In this document: piece after piece, positions 19,096 to 27,397 of the stretch | Position numbering within the stretch: position 1 is the first letter of the stretch | Layout of the letters: every line of letters starts with the position of its first letter | DNA from: Anaerovorax sp. | GTDB lineage: Bacteria; Bacillota; Clostridia; Peptostreptococcales; Anaerovoracaceae | Direction: 5' to 3' | Length of the DNA stretch: 46,787 nucleotides | Assembly (NCBI GenBank): GCA_036653195.1 | Contig: JAVVUJ010000002.1 | Span: forward strand, 1-46,787 | Notes under the pieces: model-generated | What the model saw: only the letters and a program-made list of their open reading frames with translations | Database searches by the model: none | Told to the model about the DNA's origin: nothing | Translations under genes and position numbers: made by a program

Positions 19096-19140
19096 GTAGA
19101 GATAGAGATAAGAAAATGAATACAAGAGAGGAGCCTTTTC

Positions 19141-19341
19141 ATGAACATCAATGTAGATATTATTTTTAAAATTGCGGCTATCGGTATTATTGTCGCCGTG
19201 TTGAATCAAGTGCTCATACGGGCAGGCAGAGAAGATCAGGCTATGATGACCACATTGGCCGGAATTATCGTGGTTTTATTATTAATCGTACAAATGATCA
19301 GTGAATTTTTCATGACCGTAAAAACATTGTTTCAGCTTTGA
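19141..19341 (+). CDS. spoIIIAC: Stage III sporulation protein AC
   Basis: 66 aa with two TM segments. IFKIAAIGIIVAVLNQVLIRAGREDQA is the conserved SpoIIIAC core. Confidence 0.92.
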   Translation: MNINVDIIFKIAAIGIIVAVLNQVLIRAGREDQAMMTTLAGIIVVLLLIVQMISEFFMTVKTLFQL

Positions 19342-19364
19342 ATAAAGATAAAGGTGTAGGATAA

Positions 19365-19760
19365 ATGTATATTGATATTTTTAGAATTGCAGCCATGGGA
19401 CTGTGTGGCGTCATCGTCGCTTCGTTGGTAAAAGGTTATAAACCTGAATTTGCTACCTATATTGTAATCGCAACCGTTTTAATTATTTTTACCATGATTT
19501 TATATCAACTGACAACTGTCTTTGAATTTTTAGAATCCATTTATAAAGAAATCAGCTATGGTAAAAGTTTTTTCCCTATTATTTTAAAGGTTTTAGCAGT
19601 GGCCTATATGGCCGATTTTACTGCTCAAATTTGTAAAGATGCAGGGGAGTCTGCTATTGCAGGAAAAGTGGAATTGGCAGGAAAGGTCATTATTTTTTGT
19701 CTTGCAATGCCCGTTATGGTAACGGTCTTGGAATTAATTAACAAAATGATTCCATCCTAG
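19365..19760 (+). CDS. spoIIIAD: Stage III sporulation protein AD
   Basis: 131-aa polytopic protein. LAVAYMADFTAQICKDAGESAIAGKVELAGKV is the conserved SpoIIIAD motif. Confidence 0.92.
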   Translation: MYIDIFRIAAMGLCGVIVASLVKGYKPEFATYIVIATVLIIFTMILYQLTTVFEFLESIYKEISYGKSFFPIILKVLAVAYMADFTAQICKDAGESAIAGKVELAGKVIIFCLAMPVMVTVLELINKMIPS

Positions 19761-19827
19761 TGTATTGTCAATGTGCGGGCACAGGATAGGGTAAAACAGT
19801 AGATGCAACACACGGGGAGGAACAGAT

Positions 19828-20919
19828 ATGGAGCTTGAGGCGTTAATCAGTGAACAATTGGCATCTATGAATTTGACCGGCTTAGACCAACTGATTGATT
19901 TGGCGGGTACCAAGGAAAATTTATTTAATACCATGTCCCTTTCGGAAATTATCAAAGGGATTGTAACCGGTGATCCCTTGTTTTCATTTCAAGTGATCTT
20001 TGACAATTTGCAAAGAATTTTTCTGTCTGAAATTTATGGCAGCATCTTGTTAGGTGTGCAGCTGGTGATGATTTGTATCATCATGGGGATGTTAACCAAC
20101 TTTTCCAATTCTTTTGGAGAAGAAACCGTATCAAATTTAGCCACCATGGTTTGCAGTTGCAGTGTCATTGCCCTTTCTTTAAAAAGTTTGATGGATGTAT
20201 ATGTGTTATGTAGCGACACGGTGGACATTATGACAGGAACCATGCAGGTTCTGCTTCCTATTTTAGTACCGCTGCTTATTGCCATGGGCGGGTTTGCATC
20301 AGGAGGTGCTTTAAATCCCATGATTGTAGGTGCCATTACTATTTTCAACAGTATGATACAGAAAATGATCTTGCCGGCTATTTTCCTTTCCTGTGTTTTT
20401 CTCTTGGTGAACAGTTTGACGGAAAGAGATTATGTAAAAAAACTGGCTTATTTTATGAGAAACTTTGCTGTTTTTCTGCTGGGATTCTGTATTACTGTCT
20501 TTTCGGGTTTAACGGTTATGCAAGGTCTTGTTACAAGGACGGCGGATGGCATGTTGGCAAAGACGGCCAGATATTCTATGGACAATTTTGTACCCATTGT
20601 AGGCGGATTTGCGGCAGACTCTATGGACATGGTCATTAGCTGTACAACTATTATAAAAAATGGAATTGGAATTTTCGGTCTGCTATTCATCATCACACTG
20701 CTGGCATTCCCACTGATCAAGCTTTTGGCCGTGGCGCTTATCTATAAGGTGACGGCTATTATTATAGAACCCATAGGGAATAAAGCCGTTTCAGATTGCA
20801 TCAATGATATGGGAAATTCTATTATAACTATGGCTGTGGTGGTCTTTCTGTCTGCCATGATGTTTTTGATTTTTTTATCTATTATTATCGGAATCGGAGG
20901 AGGTCGGTTATGGGGGTGA
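19828..20919 (+). CDS. spoIIIAE: Stage III sporulation protein AE
   Basis: 363-aa polytopic protein with GGGGAGG upstream. Position and sequence (TARYSMDNFVPIVGGFAADSMD) are typical of SpoIIIAE. Confidence 0.9.
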   Translation: MELEALISEQLASMNLTGLDQLIDLAGTKENLFNTMSLSEIIKGIVTGDPLFSFQVIFDNLQRIFLSEIYGSILLGVQLVMICIIMGMLTNFSNSFGEETVSNLATMVCSCSVIALSLKSLMDVYVLCSDTVDIMTGTMQVLLPILVPLLIAMGGFASGGALNPMIVGAITIFNSMIQKMILPAIFLSCVFLLVNSLTERDYVKKLAYFMRNFAVFLLGFCITVFSGLTVMQGLVTRTADGMLAKTARYSMDNFVPIVGGFAADSMDMVISCTTIIKNGIGIFGLLFIITLLAFPLIKLLAVALIYKVTAIIIEPIGNKAVSDCINDMGNSIITMAVVVFLSAMMFLIFLSIIIGIGGGRLWG

Positions 20920-20925
20920 TTTTAA

Positions 20926-21093
20926 ATGGAGGTTGCTAGAGAATGGGTGAAAAATGTTTTTATCATTATTGTTGCCATATCCTTTGTAGAAATGTTGCTG
21001 CCTGCCGGTAACATGAAAAAATACATACGGTTTATCTTTTCTTTAATTATCATGGCAATCATACTGTCACCCATTGCCATATTACTGGAATAA
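20926..21093 (+). CDS. spoIIIAF: Stage III sporulation protein AF, unusually short (55 aa, TM region only)
   Basis: Absent from the ORF track because it is under 60 aa. GGGGGTGA lies 6 nt before the ATG. My translation is MEVAREWVKNVFIIIVAISFVEMLLPAGNMKKYIRFIFSLIIMAIILSPIAILLE, which resembles the two-TM N-terminus of SpoIIIAF. TAA at 21091. Confidence 0.7.
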   Translation: MEVAREWVKNVFIIIVAISFVEMLLPAGNMKKYIRFIFSLIIMAIILSPIAILLE

Positions 21094-21132
21094 GAAGGTG
21101 ACAAAGTCAATATAGTAGTAAGGAGTAAGAGT

Positions 21133-21591
21133 ATGTGGGATAAATTTAAAAACGATGGATACACAAAGGGTCTTTTAAAAAAGGTGATTACGGTGCTGCT
21201 AATCGCATCCATTGCATTGTTGACTTTTGATGTACTCACCACAAGCAAAGACGGGCGCCGGCAAATTGTAGATCTGTCCGGTGGCGAAGAAATAGTGGAA
21301 ACCGGTGCTGTTGTCAATTCTGAAGAAGAATTAAGGCTGATGGCAATATTAAAAGACATAAAGGGTGTAGGGGAAAATCAAGTGATGATTACCTATGAAA
21401 GGGATGAGGCTGCGGCTTCTGTATTTCATGAAGAAACCGATGAAACCAAAAACAAAGTGGAAGGAGTGATTATAACCGCAGAGGGCGCAAAAAATGTTGT
21501 CGTACAAAACAATATTATTGGTGCGGTGTCATCACTGTATGGCATCGCCACCTCAAAAGTAAAGGTGTTTGAAAAAGAAGGGGGAAATTAA
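21133..21591 (+). CDS. spoIIIAG: Stage III sporulation protein AG (compact form)
   Basis: N-terminal TM segment, then LKDIKGVGENQVMITYE ... GVIITAEGAKNVVVQNNIIGAVSSLYGIATSKVKV, the conserved SpoIIIAG ring-domain signature. Confidence 0.88.
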   Translation: MWDKFKNDGYTKGLLKKVITVLLIASIALLTFDVLTTSKDGRRQIVDLSGGEEIVETGAVVNSEEELRLMAILKDIKGVGENQVMITYERDEAAASVFHEETDETKNKVEGVIITAEGAKNVVVQNNIIGAVSSLYGIATSKVKVFEKEGGN

Positions 21592-22227
21592 ATGGAATTT
21601 ACAAAACGTAAAAAAATAATGGTACTTGGGGCACTGGCTTTGGTGTTGACCATTACGGTGGCAAATAACCGTCTGCAAAATGGCCATGACTTGACCGCAT
21701 CTTCCGATTATGTGAATTATGAGGAAAAACAAATGGAAGAACATAACGGTGATGTACTGGTGGATAGTTTAAATCTTTCACAGGTACCGGGTACCATGCC
21801 AAAGGAAAAGGAAAAGGATGAAAAAAAAGCTGAAAAAGCGGCGGTGGTCACTTCGGATGATTATGGGGAACTTTCCAACGGGGATACTTATTTTGAAGAA
21901 GCCAAAGCCACACTGAATATGGACCGGGATAAAGTGGTCTCCATGCTTACAGAAGTCATTGCAGAAACGCCGGAAGGGCAAGAAAAAAACAATGCAACCC
22001 AACAGAAATTAAAGATTATTGATTACATGAATAAAGAGAAAACAATAGAAGCACTTATTAAAGGAAAAGGCTATACCGACGCATTGGTGGTTATTACAGA
22101 CAGTTCTATTAGTGTTACTATTAATAAAAAAACATTGGAACAGAAAGACATCGCCAAGATTTGTGACATTGTAATTCGGGAAACAGGCAGAAGTGCCAAT
22201 CAAATCGTTATCCAAAGTAAGGCATAA
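21592..22227 (+). CDS. spoIIIAH: Stage III sporulation protein AH
   Basis: The ATG abuts the spoIIIAG stop. N-terminal TM segment, Lys/Glu-rich linker, then YFEEAKATLNMDRDK ... ALVVITDSSISVTI, a YscJ/RBM-like C-terminus typical of SpoIIIAH. Confidence 0.88.
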   Translation: MEFTKRKKIMVLGALALVLTITVANNRLQNGHDLTASSDYVNYEEKQMEEHNGDVLVDSLNLSQVPGTMPKEKEKDEKKAEKAAVVTSDDYGELSNGDTYFEEAKATLNMDRDKVVSMLTEVIAETPEGQEKNNATQQKLKIIDYMNKEKTIEALIKGKGYTDALVVITDSSISVTINKKTLEQKDIAKICDIVIRETGRSANQIVIQSKA

Positions 22228-22272
22228 ATCAGGCATAAATCGGAAAAACAACTGTTTTAATTCCTAGTTTAT

Positions 22273-22439
22273 GTTATAATGAATCTAAGGTTGTCCGGTC
22301 ATTTCAACATGTCCTACCTTTAAAATACCATGGTAGACAGGTTATAATGAACGTAAGGTTTCCGGTCATTTCAACATGCCATATCTTTGAAAGATCATGG
22401 CATACAGGATAGAATGAACGGATCAGACTACCTTAAATA
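22273..22439 (+). repeat. Tandem direct repeat: two full units (68 and 67 nt) plus a truncated third
   Basis: Unit 1 is 22273-22340 and unit 2 is 22341-22407. They share GTTATAATGAA..TAAGGTT(G)TCCGGTCATTTCAACATG and ...CATGG.A.ACAG. The third copy (22408-~22439) keeps GATAGAATGAACG and CTACCTTAAATA. Confidence 0.85.
22387..22415 (+). promoter_or_regulatory. Candidate sigma-A promoter for the asp23-nusB-xseAB-ispA-dxs-tlyA block
   Basis: TTGAAA (22387-22392), a 17-nt spacer, then TAGAAT (22410-22415). Parallel weaker copies are TTTAAA-18-TATAAT (22319-22348) and TGtTATAAT (22272-22280). Confidence 0.55.
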
Positions 22440-22481
22440 AGAAGTATGTAAGCGGAAAGGCAGACGCAAGAGGTGATGCAT

Positions 22482-22847
22482 ATGAGTACAGTATTAGACG
22501 ATAAGCTGGGCATTTTAAAAATTTCCGATGAAGTAATCGCTCGCTATGTAACAAAGGCCACCCTTTTCATTGAAGGGATTTCAGCCTTAAGTGGAGGGCT
22601 TACAGATAGCTTGTCAAAAAATATTTTAGGCAAAGAGTTGCCCCATAAGGGTGTGAAAATTGCCCAGTCTGAAGAAGGAATTGTAATTGATATCTATGTA
22701 ATCGTAAACTACGGGTTTAAAATACCGCAAGTAGCTTGGGATATACAGGAAAGTGTAAAAAAAGAAGTTGAACTTATGACGGAATCTACTGTAAAAGCTG
22801 TAAATATTCATGTCCAAGGTGTAGACTTTTCCAATGAGGGGGAATAA
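22482..22847 (+). CDS. Asp23/Gls24-family alkaline shock protein
   Basis: AGAGGTGA lies 6 nt before ATG 22482. LGILKISDEVIARYV ... VNIHVQGVDF is typical of the Asp23 (DUF322) family. Confidence 0.88.
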   Translation: MSTVLDDKLGILKISDEVIARYVTKATLFIEGISALSGGLTDSLSKNILGKELPHKGVKIAQSEEGIVIDIYVIVNYGFKIPQVAWDIQESVKKEVELMTESTVKAVNIHVQGVDFSNEGE

Positions 22848-22852
22848 AAACT

Positions 22853-23263
22853 ATGCGACGTAAAGAAGCGCGGGAACTGTTTATGAAACTGTTGTTTCAA
22901 ATGGAAGTGCAAGACGATTACAGCGAAAAGATGAAAGATAAATTTGTGGAAGCCTATATGAAAAATTCGGATCAAGCAAACTTTTTTGATGAGTTATTTC
23001 ATGTAACGGTGAATCGACTTTCAAACATTGATAAAAAAATTGAAGAATGTAGCGACAAATGGTCCATCAGCCGTATTGGCAAAGTGGATTTGGCCGTTTT
23101 AAGGCTATCTACGGCAGAAATTCTTTATATGGAGGATATTCCTGTTGCTGCTTCAATTAATGAAGCTGTAGATATTGCAAAAGAATTTGGCGGAGAAGAC
23201 TCAGGAAAATTTGTCAATGGAATCTTAGGGAATATTGCGCGTTCACAGATTCCACAGAGGTAA
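22853..23263 (+). CDS. nusB: Transcription antitermination factor NusB
   Basis: RRKEARELFMKLLFQME start and VDIAKEFGGEDSGKFVNGILG C-terminal motif. Confidence 0.95.
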   Translation: MRRKEARELFMKLLFQMEVQDDYSEKMKDKFVEAYMKNSDQANFFDELFHVTVNRLSNIDKKIEECSDKWSISRIGKVDLAVLRLSTAEILYMEDIPVAASINEAVDIAKEFGGEDSGKFVNGILGNIARSQIPQR

Positions 23264-23268
23264 ATGCT

Positions 23269-24414
23269 GTGGCTATGAAACCTATAAAAGTTTCACAATT
23301 AAATGCATATATGAAGCGAGTCCTTCAAATGGACCCGCTTTTGGGCAATGTGTCTATTATTGGAGAAATTTCAAATTTGAAATTTCATAACAATGGGCAT
23401 GTTTATTTTACGTTAAAAGATGAAAACAGCAAAGTAAACTGTTTTTTGTCCGGCGATGTCTTTGAAAAAAGTAGGTATGAGATGGCAGATGGTATGGAAA
23501 TTACCGCTTCCGGATATATTTACCTTTATGAAAGAGGGGGAACCTATTCCTTAAATATACGTGATATTCAGATTGAAGGACTGGGAAATTTAAGCATTGC
23601 TTTTGAAAAATTAAAGGACAAGCTGGAAAAAGAAGGGCTGTTTTCCCATCAATATAAGAAGGAAATTCCTTTTTTCCCACATAAAATTGCCATCATCACT
23701 TCAGAAACCGGTGCAGCCATACAAGATATGCTGAAAATTATTACTATGAGGAATGCTATTGTGGATGTGCTGGTGTATCCTTGTTTGGTACAAGGACCGG
23801 AGGCGGCAGGAGAAATTTCCCGGGCTATAGACCATGTGAATTTGTTGTTCCCAGAGATAGATACCATGATTGTTGGGCGAGGTGGAGGATCTAAGGAAGA
23901 ACTTTGGGCTTTCAATGAAGAAAAAGTGGCGAGAAGCATTTATCAGTCAAAGATACCGGTGATATCGGCGGTAGGCCATGAGACGGATGTTACCATAGCA
24001 GACTTTGTTGCAGATAGAAGGGCAGAGACACCTACTGCAGCAGCACAGCTGGCAGTACCTCATATTGGCCAATTGAAAGAGTCGGTTCATTCAGGGTTGA
24101 TGGGGCTCATAGATCGTACTGAAACCTATCTGCAATATTTGGAAATGAAAGTACAGAGAAACAGCGAGGAAGAGTTTTTACGATTGTTGGAAAATAAAGT
24201 TTCTCTCTGCCATATGAAAGTGGACAGGCTTCACGAATTGTTAGAAGCATTTAATCCTACCAATATTATGGCAAAAGGATATGTTGCGTTAGTAGGTGAG
24301 GATAATGGATTGATTGATTCTGTAAATAAATTAAAAAAAGATCAAAAAATATGGGCGAAATTCAAAGATGGGCGCGCATTGCTTTCAGTAGAAGAACTAC
24401 ACAGGGGAAAATAA
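23269..24414 (+). CDS. xseA: Exodeoxyribonuclease VII large subunit
   Basis: VSQLNAYMKRVLQ ... IIGEISNLKFHNNGHVYFTLKD (OB fold) and VGRGGGSKEELWAFN. Start is GTG 23269 (AGAGGTAA 7 nt upstream) or ATG 23275. Confidence 0.95.
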   Translation: MAMKPIKVSQLNAYMKRVLQMDPLLGNVSIIGEISNLKFHNNGHVYFTLKDENSKVNCFLSGDVFEKSRYEMADGMEITASGYIYLYERGGTYSLNIRDIQIEGLGNLSIAFEKLKDKLEKEGLFSHQYKKEIPFFPHKIAIITSETGAAIQDMLKIITMRNAIVDVLVYPCLVQGPEAAGEISRAIDHVNLLFPEIDTMIVGRGGGSKEELWAFNEEKVARSIYQSKIPVISAVGHETDVTIADFVADRRAETPTAAAQLAVPHIGQLKESVHSGLMGLIDRTETYLQYLEMKVQRNSEEEFLRLLENKVSLCHMKVDRLHELLEAFNPTNIMAKGYVALVGEDNGLIDSVNKLKKDQKIWAKFKDGRALLSVEELHRGK

Positions 24415-24425
24415 GGAGGAACCGT

Positions 24426-24635
24426 ATGGCAACAAAAAAAGAAGAACTGACTTTTGAGAAAGCCTTAGAAGGTTTGGAAAATTGTGCTTCATCATTAAAA
24501 AATGAAGGATCTACCCTTGAAGGGACAATGAAAAACTTTGAAGAAGGAATAAAATACTACAATTATTGCAATGATATACTAAACACAGCAAAACAAAAAA
24601 TCCAAGTGTATAAGGGAGAAAAACAAAATGAATAA
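24426..24635 (+). CDS. xseB: Exodeoxyribonuclease VII small subunit
   Basis: AAGGAGGA precedes ATG 24426, so the ORF-track start at 24351 is an upstream in-frame extension. LTFEKALEGLENCASSLKNEG is typical of XseB. Confidence 0.93.
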   Translation: MATKKEELTFEKALEGLENCASSLKNEGSTLEGTMKNFEEGIKYYNYCNDILNTAKQKIQVYKGEKQNE

Positions 24636-25524
24636 CGTTGAATATGATAGGTTAAAAGATCTTGTCAATGAGTATCTTTTTGACTTCTTGCCGGAAGTCG
24701 ATCACAAAAGCATTACGTTATATGAATCCATGTGTTACAGTTTAGAAACCGGGGGGAAGAGAATCCGGCCCGTATTGCTTTTGGCTACTTGCAATTTCGT
24801 AGGTGGGGATGAACGGTTAGCCATTCCCTATGCTTGTGCCATTGAATACATTCATGCCTACTCCTTAATTCATGACGATTTACCTGCCATGGATGATGAT
24901 GATTTGCGAAGGGGTAAACCTACCAATCACAAAATTTTCGGAGAAGCGACAGCTATTTTAGCAGGGGATGCGTTGCTGACTTCTGCCTTTGAAATTATGA
25001 ATAAAGACATGCTGTTGTATTTTGATAATCCGGATCATTTGAAGAAACGTATTCGGGCTTCTTTTGAAATCTCAAAGCGTTCCGGTTGTCGTGGTATGAT
25101 TGCAGGACAAATTGCAGATATAGAAAGCGAAGTCAAGCAGTCTTCAAAGGAAATGTTGGATTATATACACGTGAATAAAACAGCGGCATTAATTGTAGCG
25201 GCCGTAAGAGCCGGCGCACATTTGGGCTCTGCAGACGATAAAACTTTGCGCATTATGGAAGAATATGCAGAAAATATTGGGTTGGCATTTCAAATTGCCG
25301 ATGATATTCTTGATGTTGTAGGTAAAGAAGAGGAAACCGGAAAGCAAATAGGCAAAGATGTGGAAAAAAGAAAAGCCACGTATCCCGGATTATATGGATT
25401 GGAAGCTTCAAAAGCAAAACTACAAAGTTTAACAAATAATGCCATTCAACTCTTAGAACCTTATTACGACAATGCTGAATTCTTTGTACGATTGGCTCAG
25501 GATTTAGCCGTAAGAATTAGATAG
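24628..25524 (+). CDS. ispA: Polyprenyl (farnesyl/geranyl diphosphate) synthase
   Basis: Asp-rich motifs LIHDDLPAMDDDDLRRGKPT and FQIADDILD. Overlaps the xseB stop by 8 nt. Confidence 0.93.
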   Translation: MNNVEYDRLKDLVNEYLFDFLPEVDHKSITLYESMCYSLETGGKRIRPVLLLATCNFVGGDERLAIPYACAIEYIHAYSLIHDDLPAMDDDDLRRGKPTNHKIFGEATAILAGDALLTSAFEIMNKDMLLYFDNPDHLKKRIRASFEISKRSGCRGMIAGQIADIESEVKQSSKEMLDYIHVNKTAALIVAAVRAGAHLGSADDKTLRIMEEYAENIGLAFQIADDILDVVGKEEETGKQIGKDVEKRKATYPGLYGLEASKAKLQSLTNNAIQLLEPYYDNAEFFVRLAQDLAVRIR

Positions 25525-25531
25525 GAGTTAT

Positions 25532-27397
25532 ATGAAAACCAATTTTTTAAGTTATAATTTGCCGGAAGATTTGAAAAATATGACTGTTCGAGAGATGGAA
25601 TTGCTTTCGTTGGAAATTCGAGAATTTTTAATAGAAAAGCTATCTAAAACAGGCGGGCATGTGGCCTCAAATTTAGGTGTGGTAGAACTGACCATCGCCT
25701 TGCATTACGTTTTTAATACACCCAAAGATAAAATCATTTGGGACGTAGGTCATCAATCCTACGTACATAAAATTTTAACGGGAAGAAGTTCCGGTTTTGA
25801 TCACCTACGATCTATGGGTGGAATGAGTGGATTTCCTAAAAGAGGGGAAAGTTGCCATGATTTTTTTGATACCGGACATAGTAGCAACTCTATCTCTGTA
25901 GGGATGGGATTTGCCGTAGCCAGAGATATCCAAGGGGGAGACTATTCTGTCATCAGCGTCATTGGCGATGGATCGCTGACAGGGGGAGAAGCCTACGAAG
26001 GGTTAAACAACGCAGGTTCCTCTAATTCCAAAATGATTGTCATTTTAAATGATAATGAAATGTCCATTTCTAAGAGTTCCGGGGGCATGTCGCAGCATTT
26101 GGGAAAACTCCGCTCTTCAAAAACCTATTTAAATTTTAAAAAATCAATAAAGAATACATTGAATAAAATTCCGGTAGTAGGGCCCGGCATCTATGGCGGT
26201 GTGGAACACATTCGCGATACCATTAAATATGCAGTGGTTCAAGGTGCCATCTTTGAAGAACTTGGCTTTAATTATTATGGTCCTGTCAATGGACACAATA
26301 TTCATGACTTGATTGAAGCACTTACCCTAGCCAAGAACATAGAGGAACCTGTGTTGGTACATGTACTTACAAAAAAAGGAAAAGGATATAGAAATGCAGA
26401 ACTACATCCTTCTCAATTTCATGGAATTGGTTCCTTTGATAAAGAATTGGGATCTGTGTTGAATAAAGATACACGGCCCACTTATTCTAAAGTATTTGGT
26501 AATAAAATGATTGAATTGGCCGAAAAAAACAAAGATATTGTAGCAGTTTGCGCCGCCATGGAAGCCGGCACCGGATTGGAAAAATTTGCAAAAACTTATC
26601 CTCAACGCTTTTTCGATGGTTGTATTGCGGAAGCCCATACCGTGTCTTTTGCAGCAGGATTGGCTGCTAATGGGTTACGCCCCGTTGTAGCTATTTATTC
26701 CACTTTTTTACAGAGAGCCTATGACCAGATTCTCATTGATGTTGCTTTGCAAAATTTGCCGGTGATCTTTGCCATCGACCGAGGTGGCATTGTGGGGGCA
26801 GACGGAGAAACACACCACGGAGTATTTGATCTATCCTATCTGAGCCATATGCCAAATATGACTATTTTGGTGCCCAAAGACGGACAAGAGTTAGAGGATA
26901 TGATGGATTATGCGTTACAGTTGCCGGGTCCGTGTGCCATTCGTTATCCTAGGGGACATGCAGAAGAAGGAAACTCCGTTTTTGAACCCAAATGCCAGGT
27001 AATTGAAAAAAGTGGACATATTGCCATCATTGCCATTGGAAACATGGTTCATATTGGTCAACAGGTCTGCCAATTATTAGGGGAAAAAGGGATTACCGCA
27101 GGTCTTATTAATGGAAGAATGGTAAAGCCTTTAGATACTGGTGGCATTGAATCTGCTATTTCAACTTCAAAGGTTATTGTAACCCTGGAAGACAATGTGG
27201 TTCACGGGGGATTTGGAGAAATGGTGGCCCAAGAATTGATAAAAAATGATTTTTTACGAGATAAAACCATGCTGAATATAGGGTGGCCCGATCAGTTTAT
27301 TGAGCATGGCAGCATTGACCAACTGTTTCAAAAATATAAAATGGATGCCATGGGCATCGTTGAAAGGATTTGTGAGTTTATTGAAAGAAAGGCTTGA
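25532..27397 (+). CDS. dxs: 1-deoxy-D-xylulose-5-phosphate synthase
   Basis: GGHVASNLGVVELT, GHQSYVHKILTGR and the TPP motif IGDGSLTGGEAYEGLNNAG. 621 aa. Confidence 0.97.
   Translation: MKTNFLSYNLPEDLKNMTVREMELLSLEIREFLIEKLSKTGGHVASNLGVVELTIALHYVFNTPKDKIIWDVGHQSYVHKILTGRSSGFDHLRSMGGMSGFPKRGESCHDFFDTGHSSNSISVGMGFAVARDIQGGDYSVISVIGDGSLTGGEAYEGLNNAGSSNSKMIVILNDNEMSISKSSGGMSQHLGKLRSSKTYLNFKKSIKNTLNKIPVVGPGIYGGVEHIRDTIKYAVVQGAIFEELGFNYYGPVNGHNIHDLIEALTLAKNIEEPVLVHVLTKKGKGYRNAELHPSQFHGIGSFDKELGSVLNKDTRPTYSKVFGNKMIELAEKNKDIVAVCAAMEAGTGLEKFAKTYPQRFFDGCIAEAHTVSFAAGLAANGLRPVVAIYSTFLQRAYDQILIDVALQNLPVIFAIDRGGIVGADGETHHGVFDLSYLSHMPNMTILVPKDGQELEDMMDYALQLPGPCAIRYPRGHAEEGNSVFEPKCQVIEKSGHIAIIAIGNMVHIGQQVCQLLGEKGITAGLINGRMVKPLDTGGIESAISTSKVIVTLEDNVVHGGFGEMVAQELIKNDFLRDKTMLNIGWPDQFIEHGSIDQLFQKYKMDAMGIVERICEFIERKA

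Noticed and set aside
18999-19100. 33-codon ORF (MKDGQIITEIKGKHFLKKVLVFFVIKSCPKNMM) between nhaC and spoIIIAC.
   Set aside because: It has no SD, and it runs straight through the nhaC terminator hairpin and T-tract.
20922-21359. 145-aa minus-strand ORF spanning the spoIIIAF/spoIIIAG region.
   Set aside because: It overlaps two + strand genes that have good SDs and recognisable SpoIIIA sequence. It has no SD of its own.
22273-22439. Whether the tandem repeat is a CRISPR array.
   Set aside because: The units are directly adjacent with no spacers. There are only about 2.4 copies of ~68 nt, and no cas genes are in the window.
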